Virus record (IMG/VR): IMGVR_UViG_3300028914_000001
Coordinates: 221,489 to 285,488 of that record
DNA: 64,000 nt
Source: a virus
Lineage: Duplodnaviria; Heunggongvirae; Uroviricota; Caudoviricetes
Reading direction: 5' to 3' (one strand)
Both the position numbers and the translations under genes were made by a program. Of this stretch, positions 56,195-64,000 are shown piece after piece (positions within the stretch are counted from its first letter, which is position 1; every line of letters begins with the position of its first letter). The notes beneath the pieces are model-generated. The model was not told the origin of the DNA, did not search any database, and saw nothing but the letters and a program-made list of their open reading frames with translations.

Positions 56195-57859
56195 ATGCCA
56201 TTTAACGGGATTCCTAATTTGCGAGATGCAAATGAGCCAGTCAAGCTCGACCTTTACAAGTTAAAGGAAATAAAGAAGTGCGCACTTGACCCGATTTACT
56301 TCATCCGTAACTACGTGTACATCAACACCAAGGACAACGGCATGCAGTTGTTCGACCTGTACGACTTTCAGGAGAGTGCAATAGCCAGGTTCCTGAAATA
56401 CAGGTTTAACATAAACAAATGGTCGAGACAGGTTGGAAAATCGACGGTCGTCCGTGGGTTTATCCTTTGGTGGGGTATCTTCCATAAGGACCAGCTCATA
56501 GCCATGATTGGTAACAAACTGTCCTTGGCAAAGGAACAGATGCAGCAGCTCCGTGATTCGTACAGCCGACTTCCAGTATGGTTGCAACCCGGTGTCAAGC
56601 TGTGGAACAAGACTTCCATCCAGTTCTCGAACAACTCACGCATCATCGTTTCTTCGTCCTCTCCTGACAATATCCGTGGTTTCTCGATTAACCTTTTGTA
56701 TCTGGACGAATTTGCGTTCCTTAGGCCTAACCTTGCGACGGAATTCATCGCTTCCGTTATGCCGTCTATTTCTTCGGGTAAGACAACCCGTTGTATCATC
56801 ACCTCCACTCCTAACGGCATGAACCACTTTTACGAAATGTGGCAGACATCCTTGGAGGAAAAGGAAGCTGCTGTCGAGTTCGAGAAGGGGAACAACAACC
56901 TCTATGTGCGCTCCGTTGTTCAATGGAACGAGGTTCCCGGTCGAACAGAGGCTTGGGCAAATGCTGAAAAACTTAAAATTGGCGACCAGCGTTTCCGTCA
57001 GGAATACGAATGTGAGTTCGTCGGTTCTGGTATAACCCTTATCGACTACCGTTGCTTGGAAAAGTTGAAGGCATCGGACCCGCTTCCGTTCGATGACAGT
57101 ATATGGCCTCCGGCTCTTGCTGACATCGTAAGGGATATTTCTATGAGGGCGTTCAAGTATCCTGAACCCGTGGGAGCTATCGAGGCCAAGGGATACTCGT
57201 ATGTCGCATCCATCGATACGGCTTATGGTATGAGACAGGACGCCCATGTCTTGCAGATTGTGAAGGTGTATTCAAACATCAGGTGTGAACAGGTGTTCAC
57301 GATGTCGTCCAACTGTACGGAAGTGAATGATTTCTGTAAGATAGCGAACATCATTCTTAAATTCTATCGCAACCCGTACCTAATCATCGAATACAACGGA
57401 CCTGGAAAATCCACCTATGACTACTTCTTCAATGTGGCCATGTATCCTAATATTCTCAACTTTGACTTGAAGTGCCGTGGTCTGTGGGCAACGCCGACGT
57501 TGAAGAGCAACGTGGTCATCCTCCTTAAAATGTACATCCAGCGTGAATACTTGAAGGTGTATGATTACAACACAATCATGGAACTCATGACGTTTACTCA
57601 GAAAACCCAGAATACATGGGGCGGCGGAGGAAATACGCACGATGACCATGTGACCTCGTTGTACTGGATTGTCTACTATCTCACCACGACATACTACTAC
57701 GGCAACTACGAAGCAATAGAAGACCTAACCGAAACGGAAATGCTGAGGTTGAGTACGGAGATGAGGAACCGTTATATGGATGTACTTGACTTCGTCAGGT
57801 CTCCCGAAGCTCAACAGGAACAGCACAGGCTTGGGGCTCTTGCGGAAGCGAGTGTATAA
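56195..57859 (+). CDS. terL: Terminase large subunit (T4 gp17-like)
   Basis: 'DPIYFIRNYVYI', SRQVGKS, LYLDEFAF, TSTPNG, FRQEYEC, nuclease motifs IDTA and HDD. Confidence 0.97.
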   Translation: MPFNGIPNLRDANEPVKLDLYKLKEIKKCALDPIYFIRNYVYINTKDNGMQLFDLYDFQESAIARFLKYRFNINKWSRQVGKSTVVRGFILWWGIFHKDQLIAMIGNKLSLAKEQMQQLRDSYSRLPVWLQPGVKLWNKTSIQFSNNSRIIVSSSSPDNIRGFSINLLYLDEFAFLRPNLATEFIASVMPSISSGKTTRCIITSTPNGMNHFYEMWQTSLEEKEAAVEFEKGNNNLYVRSVVQWNEVPGRTEAWANAEKLKIGDQRFRQEYECEFVGSGITLIDYRCLEKLKASDPLPFDDSIWPPALADIVRDISMRAFKYPEPVGAIEAKGYSYVASIDTAYGMRQDAHVLQIVKVYSNIRCEQVFTMSSNCTEVNDFCKIANIILKFYRNPYLIIEYNGPGKSTYDYFFNVAMYPNILNFDLKCRGLWATPTLKSNVVILLKMYIQREYLKVYDYNTIMELMTFTQKTQNTWGGGGNTHDDHVTSLYWIVYYLTTTYYYGNYEAIEDLTETEMLRLSTEMRNRYMDVLDFVRSPEAQQEQHRLGALAEASV

Positions 57860-57863
57860 ACTA
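57855..57863 (+). promoter_or_regulatory. Late promoter motif overlapping the terL stop codon
   Basis: TATAAACTA, 21 nt upstream of 57884. Confidence 0.75.
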
Positions 57864-57883
57864 CAAGAAAATACGGTAGCGAT

Positions 57884-58315
57884 ATGACGAACGATATTGA
57901 TGAATTGATGGACGGAGTGTATAAGAGTGGCGAGATTTCAATAGACAAGGAAAAGGTTAGCCTTCTTAACATTTTCATGCAGAGAGCATTTCCTGCCGTC
58001 AGCAAAAAAACAATAGCCGATGCATCAGCACTGCTTGCCGTATATTGTTGCCTTCTTACCGAGGGCAAACGTATTTTAGTTAACGACCATGAAATGGATG
58101 CCGAAGCGTTCAACAAGTTCTTCGATACATATGCCAAGAAGTCTGAAGGTGACTTTGAAAGGATGGAAGACATGTATAGCTTCTATGGTTCCGCTCTTGT
58201 CGTCGCTCTTTTTGTCTACCAATATACCTCCGGGCTTACATCCAAGGATGCCATGTTCCATGAGACAAGGGGTGGCGATACAGCTGACCGTATAGCTGAT
58301 GCTATCGACGAGTAG
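57884..58315 (+). CDS. Hypothetical late protein
   Basis: 143-aa ORF. Confidence 0.7.
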   Translation: MTNDIDELMDGVYKSGEISIDKEKVSLLNIFMQRAFPAVSKKTIADASALLAVYCCLLTEGKRILVNDHEMDAEAFNKFFDTYAKKSEGDFERMEDMYSFYGSALVVALFVYQYTSGLTSKDAMFHETRGGDTADRIADAIDE

Positions 58316-58332
58316 AAAATATAGTAACCCAC

Positions 58333-58393
58333 TTGCCAACATTTTCGTAAAATTATATATTTTTGGGGAATGCAGGGAGTATTCCCCTTTTTT
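58333..58393 (+). promoter_or_regulatory. Sigma70-type promoter overlapping a terminator-like hairpin
   Basis: TTGCCA, 17 bp, TATATT (58333-58361), then GGGGAATGC-AGGGA-GTATTCCCC-TTTTTT. Confidence 0.72.
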
Positions 58394-58403
58394 GAGGATT
58401 TTT

Positions 58404-58937
58404 ATGCCAGATGAAGTGAAAGTGATTACAGCGCCTACTGACGAGAATGGGCAAATAAACGTCGATGACAACATCGAAAAGCTTGCGGATTGGATGAAGG
58501 ACAAGGTCAGGACCAAGAATAAAAAGGGTAAGTTCGATGTTGACATTATGCTTCAGAACATGGTTGAGAACATTGGCGACGGCCAGATTAACGCCAATGG
58601 ACTCCTCATGCAGGCCCAGATTCAACTTGCTGACATGGAAGATGACCTTGCGAAAAAGTGGGCTAAACAATTCGAAATACTTATGAACAGCAGACAGCCT
58701 TTCGAGAAGACGAAGGAAAATGTCACTATGTATCTTTCAGGAAAGCAGGATATCGCTGACCTGAACCTTAGAATCAAGAAGAAAAAAGCTTATATCGAGA
58801 ATTTGAAAGGTTTTGCTGATGCGGTCAGATATTATCCAAAGAATGTCCAGACCATCCTCGACTTGAATGCTCTTGCGGTAGAATCTGGAAAGAAGGGTCT
58901 TATTGACCTGGATAGCGTGGCGGAGGATGAACAATAA
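58404..58937 (+). CDS. uvsY: UvsY-like recombination mediator
   Basis: Helical; 'PFEKTKENVTMYLSG..DI..L..RI....AYIE.L......V.....NVQT' pattern; GAGG RBS. Confidence 0.6.
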   Translation: MPDEVKVITAPTDENGQINVDDNIEKLADWMKDKVRTKNKKGKFDVDIMLQNMVENIGDGQINANGLLMQAQIQLADMEDDLAKKWAKQFEILMNSRQPFEKTKENVTMYLSGKQDIADLNLRIKKKKAYIENLKGFADAVRYYPKNVQTILDLNALAVESGKKGLIDLDSVAEDEQ

Positions 58938-59641
58938 TGGCTGACGAAACCTTCAATCCGTTTAACATGAATATGCCGTGGGATGTTGACCCGAGCAAGA
59001 CTTCCGCAACTGCGGAACCAGCCGTCGAGGACAAATCCAAAGCCGAACCAGCACAAGAGGATGCTTCTGCCGAGCCGAAACAGGACATTTTCACTGCCTT
59101 GGAAGAAAAGTTGAGACTTCCCATCGGTTCTACCAAGGAAGGAATCGAAGAAACCAAGCAGATGGTCAGGAAGATTCAGGCGAAGACGGCAATCTTCGAG
59201 ACTAAGGGCACAGCACTTCTTGCACAGGAAAAGCTAGGAAAGCTTACGCCTGCACAGCATTTTGCCGAATGTGCTAGAATCAGGGCGCAGGCCAACCGTC
59301 TATACGACATTTCGTCCAACCTCATGGACAAGTTGAATGACCAGGTTGAAGCGTCGCTTGACATGACAGACAAGATGTGGTCTGCGGTCAGTTCGATGAT
59401 TTCGAGTGTCGGTCAGAGTCTTGAACGTCTCCTGAAGGTGACTCAGGAACTCCGAAAGGAAGAGGACTTGCTTGCCATGGAAGTCAAGGAAGCCGAAGAC
59501 GCAAAGAAGCTGGCGAATGATGATGGCACTATTGATGCAACGCCTAATGACATGAATAAGCTTGTGACATTCTTCCAGGAAGAAGAAAGAAAAGCTACTG
59601 AGCAAAAACAAATTGAACATAAGGACGAAGAACATGAATAA
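58937..59641 (+). CDS. Terminase small subunit-like (T4 gp16-like)
   Basis: Helical core 'IRAQANRL...LMDKL...KMWSAVSSMI...LERLLKV' and 'ATPNDMNKL' resemble the gp16 layout. Confidence 0.5.
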   Translation: MADETFNPFNMNMPWDVDPSKTSATAEPAVEDKSKAEPAQEDASAEPKQDIFTALEEKLRLPIGSTKEGIEETKQMVRKIQAKTAIFETKGTALLAQEKLGKLTPAQHFAECARIRAQANRLYDISSNLMDKLNDQVEASLDMTDKMWSAVSSMISSVGQSLERLLKVTQELRKEEDLLAMEVKEAEDAKKLANDDGTIDATPNDMNKLVTFFQEEERKATEQKQIEHKDEEHE

Positions 59642-60767
59642 AATTGGTATCATTGGCGATATCCATGTCGGTCAGACATTTTATCACAATCAGGTCATAA
59701 CTGATTATCACAACAAGAAGCGTGACGAACTCTTCGACGAAATCATCGCCCGGTTCAAGAAGGAAGGGGTGGATACCATCCTGTTCAGCGGAGACATCTT
59801 CGATAACCGAAATATCGTTACGGTCGAATCTCTCCACTATGTCATCGACCTTTTTGCGAACCGCATGAAGGATTTCAAAATCATCACGATTACTGGAAAC
59901 CACGACATGCAGTACGAAAACTCCGACTGTCTTACGTCGTTGGAGTTCCTTCACTTCATCCCTAACGTGACCCTGATTGACAAGGGGCCTGTGGCAATGC
60001 AGTTCGGCCAGTACACATGGCATCTTTTCCCGTGGTTGGGTACTCCGGCCAACAAGGAGAAGGCTCTTGAATACATGATGTCGGTTGGATGCACTCCCGA
60101 AAAGCGAGCTGCTAATGTATTCTTCGGACACTTCGACATTATCGGCATGTTAATGGAAGCAGGAAACCTTTCAGTTGCAGGATTCGACCCGAACGAGATG
60201 TCGAAGTATTGCACCTATGTCATCAGCGGCCATTACCACTGCAAGTCCGCCAAGAAGATTGGAAACACCCGTTTCCTCTATCTCGGTACGCCATACCATC
60301 TCTCGTTTGCCCACCTCGGGGTAGACCCAGGTTATTACATCTGTAATACCGACACGATGAAGATTGACTTCATCGAGAACAAAATCGGTGAACGCTACAT
60401 CGAAGTGAGCGACTACGATGATATCGACGCCCTGCCTGACCTTAGCGGTACGCTTGTCAAGTACAACAACGACGTGTCGAAGACTTCCGAGGAGGCGATG
60501 GTTCCTCTCGACAAGTTGAAGGCGAAGAATCCGCTCCATGTATTCCCGTCTCCCTATGGCAAGCATGCCGAGGAGAGGAATGCAGCCGATGCCGTCGCCA
60601 TAATAGAGGAGGACGACGAGGAAGCAAAGAAGGTCGTGACGATGAGCCAGATGGAAGTCGCCAGACTGTTCATGGACAATGCGGACCAGCCTCCTCCGAC
60701 TTTGAGTGACGGAACGAGTTCTAAGGACAAAATTATTTCCATGATTGCAAGTTTTGATGCAACATAA
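59634..60767 (+). CDS. Mre11/SbcD-like nuclease (T4 gp47-like)
   Basis: GDIHVG, GDIFDNR, GNHD, PW, FGHF, SGHYH, YLGTPY. Confidence 0.95.
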   Translation: MNKIGIIGDIHVGQTFYHNQVITDYHNKKRDELFDEIIARFKKEGVDTILFSGDIFDNRNIVTVESLHYVIDLFANRMKDFKIITITGNHDMQYENSDCLTSLEFLHFIPNVTLIDKGPVAMQFGQYTWHLFPWLGTPANKEKALEYMMSVGCTPEKRAANVFFGHFDIIGMLMEAGNLSVAGFDPNEMSKYCTYVISGHYHCKSAKKIGNTRFLYLGTPYHLSFAHLGVDPGYYICNTDTMKIDFIENKIGERYIEVSDYDDIDALPDLSGTLVKYNNDVSKTSEEAMVPLDKLKAKNPLHVFPSPYGKHAEERNAADAVAIIEEDDEEAKKVVTMSQMEVARLFMDNADQPPPTLSDGTSSKDKIISMIASFDAT

Positions 60768-60778
60768 AAGGAGCTGAT

Positions 60779-61141
60779 ATGAACGAATACAAGGTATTCC
60801 CTCGAAATCAGGTTCGTGCCGTTTACAGTGGTCACACCTTGACCTTGTCTGATGGCACTGTCATTGACGGTTTCCCTATGGGCATCCGTGGGACCATCGA
60901 GGTCATCGTAGACGATTGCGATGCGGGACAATTTGAGTACACCCCGATTTCGTTTGGATTACCCGGTGACCCTAAACCTAAACCGTCATATTACCGTTAC
61001 AGGATTAAGACGCATGTCCCGGAGGACAGTCCTAACCAGAAATCCTCGTTCGTGCATTACACAAACGACCCGAATTCCGATACGCTTATACGGTGGGTAT
61101 CCTTCGCAAAAGGTATGCCTATGATGGATAGATTGTCTTAA
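60779..61141 (+). CDS. Hypothetical protein
   Basis: AAGGAG RBS; 120 aa. Confidence 0.7.
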   Translation: MNEYKVFPRNQVRAVYSGHTLTLSDGTVIDGFPMGIRGTIEVIVDDCDAGQFEYTPISFGLPGDPKPKPSYYRYRIKTHVPEDSPNQKSSFVHYTNDPNSDTLIRWVSFAKGMPMMDRLS

Positions 61142-61183
61142 TTATTCTAAATATGGCGATTTTTATAGAATGTGTAAGTTTTA

Positions 61184-61196
61184 AAAATGTATTTTA
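61184..61196 (+). promoter_or_regulatory. AAAATGTATTTTA motif (candidate middle promoter)
   Basis: Upstream of 61235. Confidence 0.6.
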
Positions 61197-61234
61197 CTAA
61201 CGTAAATAACAACCTTTTACGTTAGAAGGATACT

Positions 61235-62569
61235 ATGAAAGCTACTGAGCTGTATGAAAAACTCATTGAAGATAAGGTCAAGGTTAAGGCTGATGTTGAC
61301 ATCATCCATGTGAACGATGGTGATTCACGACTGTTTGGCGGTCGTTTCAACGAAGATTTCGCTCATCTTTGCCCGTTCTACGACACGCTATGCACATTCA
61401 ATCACATCTCGATGACATCCCCGATGTTCATCAACCTGTACTCCAAGCTTGCCATTACTAAGGAAACCGTGGTGATTCTTGACAACATTAAGAATCCTGC
61501 GGTTTTTGATGTTTTACAGAAGATGAAGTTCAGCAGTTTCCAGAACACGGTTGGTGACACTGTGCTGGACACGGCATACAACAAGGATGACAGTGAACAG
61601 GTCAGTGCTGAGAAGGAAGCTAAGAACGACGCTATCCGTAAGATTAACTTCCGTATCATCTACCTCCTTGACGAATTGGTCTGGGACGGCGTAGGTGGCC
61701 GTGGAAAGAGCATCTACGAAGCCCGTGTTATCGAGGACTTCCTCCAGGTTGCGGACACCATCATCGTTCCGACTTCCGAACTGAGACATGCTCTCATTGA
61801 CATCGGCTTCGTCGCCGAAGAAAGGAAGAACGACATCACCATCCTTCCGTTCACTATTCCCCCGCAGATTTATCAGGTCTATGCCGTCAATACAGCCAGG
61901 ACATACAGCAGCGTGATTTCCAAGCCGAAAATCCTTGTCAAGGGTGCGGTCATCCCGACGAATGTCTGCGAATTTATTGTAGCCAAGCACAAGAAGTACA
62001 ACTTCACGATTTGCTCTGGCGCCGACCTGCCTAATGACCTGATGCTTCTCCTTGCAAACGGCGATGTACGACACATCGTACATTACAGCTCGCCGAGCGT
62101 GAACTACAAGAACATTACCCATACCTATCTCGACGAAAGGGATGGCAGGTATGATTTCGTAATCCATTGTAACAACTCGTTGAACTACGACCTTGCAAGC
62201 GGCGACATCGACCCGATGCTCTCCGTGGCTTGTGGTTCAATCGCTTTCGCCTGCGTTCGCAAGGACTGGTTTACCCCTGAAACTCACCTTTGTGAGAAGA
62301 CGGGCACCACATTCACTCCGCAGGCTACCTACAACCAGATTGACAACATGATTAGCCATGCCTGTGTCGCTGTTGAATGGAACAAGCTGTACGATGAACA
62401 GCGTGGCTCTATCGAAGTAAAGATTTCTGACAAGGCTGTATCCATGGCACGTATCTTCGCCGTTCTCATCGGTAAGGACATGGTGAAGAAACGTTTCTCG
62501 GTAGGGGATGAAAATGGAACCGACAACGGAACCGACAACACAACAGACAACGGAAACGCCGAAGCCTAG
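61235..62569 (+). CDS. GT-B (GT4-like) glycosyltransferase-fold protein, divergent
   Basis: 'IIYLLDELVW', 'ADTIIVPTSELR', 'ITILPFTIP', and a degenerate donor-binding segment 'MLSVACGSIAF'. Confidence 0.55.
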   Translation: MKATELYEKLIEDKVKVKADVDIIHVNDGDSRLFGGRFNEDFAHLCPFYDTLCTFNHISMTSPMFINLYSKLAITKETVVILDNIKNPAVFDVLQKMKFSSFQNTVGDTVLDTAYNKDDSEQVSAEKEAKNDAIRKINFRIIYLLDELVWDGVGGRGKSIYEARVIEDFLQVADTIIVPTSELRHALIDIGFVAEERKNDITILPFTIPPQIYQVYAVNTARTYSSVISKPKILVKGAVIPTNVCEFIVAKHKKYNFTICSGADLPNDLMLLLANGDVRHIVHYSSPSVNYKNITHTYLDERDGRYDFVIHCNNSLNYDLASGDIDPMLSVACGSIAFACVRKDWFTPETHLCEKTGTTFTPQATYNQIDNMISHACVAVEWNKLYDEQRGSIEVKISDKAVSMARIFAVLIGKDMVKKRFSVGDENGTDNGTDNTTDNGNAEA

Positions 62570-62867
62570 CGTTATTGCAGACTCGCCCATCTACAATGTC
62601 ATCAGGTATGACATGAAGTGGTACGAGAAAGGACATGACCCGCATGACTACAACAGCATGCGGGACATGTCTGTTTCTGAACCTATTATCGTTGACAAGT
62701 ACGAGGACCAAGTTTTGCCCGACCCGATGAGCGAAAAATTGGCAAAAATGGTCTCCGATAAACTTAACGAGAAAGCTAAGGAACAGGAAAAGGTGTCAAT
62801 CGACCTGAAAAATGGACAACATTACGACGGTCCTCGATACGTCTATTCCTATTACGCTGGGAGATAA
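62508..62867 (+). CDS. Hypothetical protein
   Basis: 119-aa ORF overlapping the upstream gene end within a short 12-nt repeat. Confidence 0.6.
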   Translation: MKMEPTTEPTTQQTTETPKPSVIADSPIYNVIRYDMKWYEKGHDPHDYNSMRDMSVSEPIIVDKYEDQVLPDPMSEKLAKMVSDKLNEKAKEQEKVSIDLKNGQHYDGPRYVYSYYAGR

Positions 62868-62868
62868 T

Positions 62869-64000
62869 ATGGCGGAAACAGAAAACTTGCTTAAACAGGC
62901 GGTCGCATTGAGAAAAAAGATGGGGGATAATCCCACAGCGTCTATGATTTTTCAGGAACCCCCGAAAAGGCGTATTGTCAACGAACACAAGTCAGTGAAA
63001 ATCGTCCGACCGAACAGTATCAAGAAGTCGTTCAAGGTAGAGGATGCGGGTAATGCCGATGCTTCCCAGCAAGATGGCGAACCTAGATGGTTTGACCCGA
63101 ACAGGACATTCAATGAATCGAATGACACGAAACCTCATGTGACTGACGACCAGTATGATTCAATGTTCTATCACGAGAAGGGACAGACTCCTCCTAACGA
63201 CGTGCATCATATTTCTGGCGAAGAACTCGCCAGGAAGTTTTCCCAGGTTGCCGCTAACAGGGTTCCTCCCCAAGCCATGCAACAGGAACCGCCGCAGGGG
63301 TTCAATCCCCATGCCGCCATTCATCAACAGCCGCAGGCAACGGTTCCCGTTCAGCCTCCAATGGTTGCCGTACACGAGCCACCAAAGCAAACAGAGGAAG
63401 ATTTTCTTCCGCTCGACGAACTCCCGTCAAAGGGGGTGTTCTACAATGGGCCCATGCTAGCACAGCCGTTGCGACTTATCGACATGCTCATGGTCGAAAA
63501 TATGGACAACGACAATAAACTGGATTCAATTACCGAAATCCTTGACAGGCGTACACGCTGTCCGGGTGGCCCAAAACAGATTGTCACTGGAGATGAAATC
63601 TACACCTTGCAGTACCTCCGTGCATCGACTTTCCCGAAAGACCCTTACGCATGGACGAAATTCACTTGCAAGCATTGTGGAACCATCGTTGACGACCCTG
63701 GCTATAAGATAGACTTTACCAACATGAGGTTCCAAACCAATGTTGACCCGATGGAGTTGGCAGAGAAGTTCAGGGCATACGGATGTCACCCGGTAGAACA
63801 CATCGGAGGTGTTCCTGCGGTCGAAATTTATGTCAGAAGGCGTTTGCACGACTACTATTACAAGACCCAGATTGAAGAATGGAAAAAGAAGGGATTTACC
63901 CCGACGAAGCCGTATCTAGCCCTCCTTAACATGGCTCTCTTGGTGGATATTCCTGGATGCAACTCTTTGCAGGAGAACATCGAGTTCCTCGGAAACCTTA
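62869..64000 (+). CDS. Baseplate hub assembly protein (T4 gp26-like), 3'-truncated; not in the ORF track
   Basis: ATG at 62869 (MAETENLL) is open to the window end; 'ELPSKGVFY', 'GDEIYTLQYLRAST', 'CKHCG'. Confidence 0.78.
   Translation, partial: MAETENLLKQAVALRKKMGDNPTASMIFQEPPKRRIVNEHKSVKIVRPNSIKKSFKVEDAGNADASQQDGEPRWFDPNRTFNESNDTKPHVTDDQYDSMFYHEKGQTPPNDVHHISGEELARKFSQVAANRVPPQAMQQEPPQGFNPHAAIHQQPQATVPVQPPMVAVHEPPKQTEEDFLPLDELPSKGVFYNGPMLAQPLRLIDMLMVENMDNDNKLDSITEILDRRTRCPGGPKQIVTGDEIYTLQYLRASTFPKDPYAWTKFTCKHCGTIVDDPGYKIDFTNMRFQTNVDPMELAEKFRAYGCHPVEHIGGVPAVEIYVRRRLHDYYYKTQIEEWKKKGFTPTKPYLALLNMALLVDIPGCNSLQENIEFLGNL

Noticed and set aside
56195-57859. Intein or intron in terL (also gp46 and dda)
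   Set aside because: Lengths and motif spacing are normal and no splice-junction motifs were seen.
1-64000. Stop-codon reassignment as in some jumbo phages
   Set aside because: Conserved genes are intact under the standard code, and TAA, TAG and TGA all end genes at sensible positions.
1-64000. tRNA, tmRNA or rRNA genes
   Set aside because: No cloverleaf with a T-loop and acceptor stem was seen in intergenic regions by eye; a tRNAscan/ARAGORN run would be definitive.

Overview
This is a 64-kb internal segment of a large contractile-tailed, T4-superfamily-like (probably jumbo) bacteriophage genome in the standard genetic code. The first and last genes are cut by the window edges. Recognisable T4-like genes, with scrambled order, include a gp25 domain fused to a >1300-aa protein, gp46/Rad50, gp47/Mre11, gp55 late sigma factor, Dda, gp15, gp4, gp48/53/27/54/3/26-like tail and baseplate genes, large terminase, a gp16-like small terminase and UvsY. 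Accessory genes include glycosyltransferases, GNATs, an HD protein, a metallophosphoesterase, MoxR/VWA, two peptidoglycan hydrolases and an outer-membrane beta-barrel-like protein. Three promoter classes can be read directly from the DNA: five sigma70-type, five AAATGTA(T/G)TTTA and fourteen TATAAACTA copies. The most notable candidate systems are: (1) eight late-expressed proteins with a shared ~33-aa N-terminal leader ending in hydrophobic-Glu, fused to unrelated cargo, a candidate capsid-loading/ejection tag; (2) a ~260-nt structured ncRNA behind a perfect sigma70 promoter; (3) a cluster of small ORFs resembling inactive fragments of virion proteins; (4) several pseudoenzymes; (5) a 134-bp IS200/IS605-like mini-element that regenerates the late promoter it sits in. 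All family assignments come from motif recognition by eye; no searches were run.
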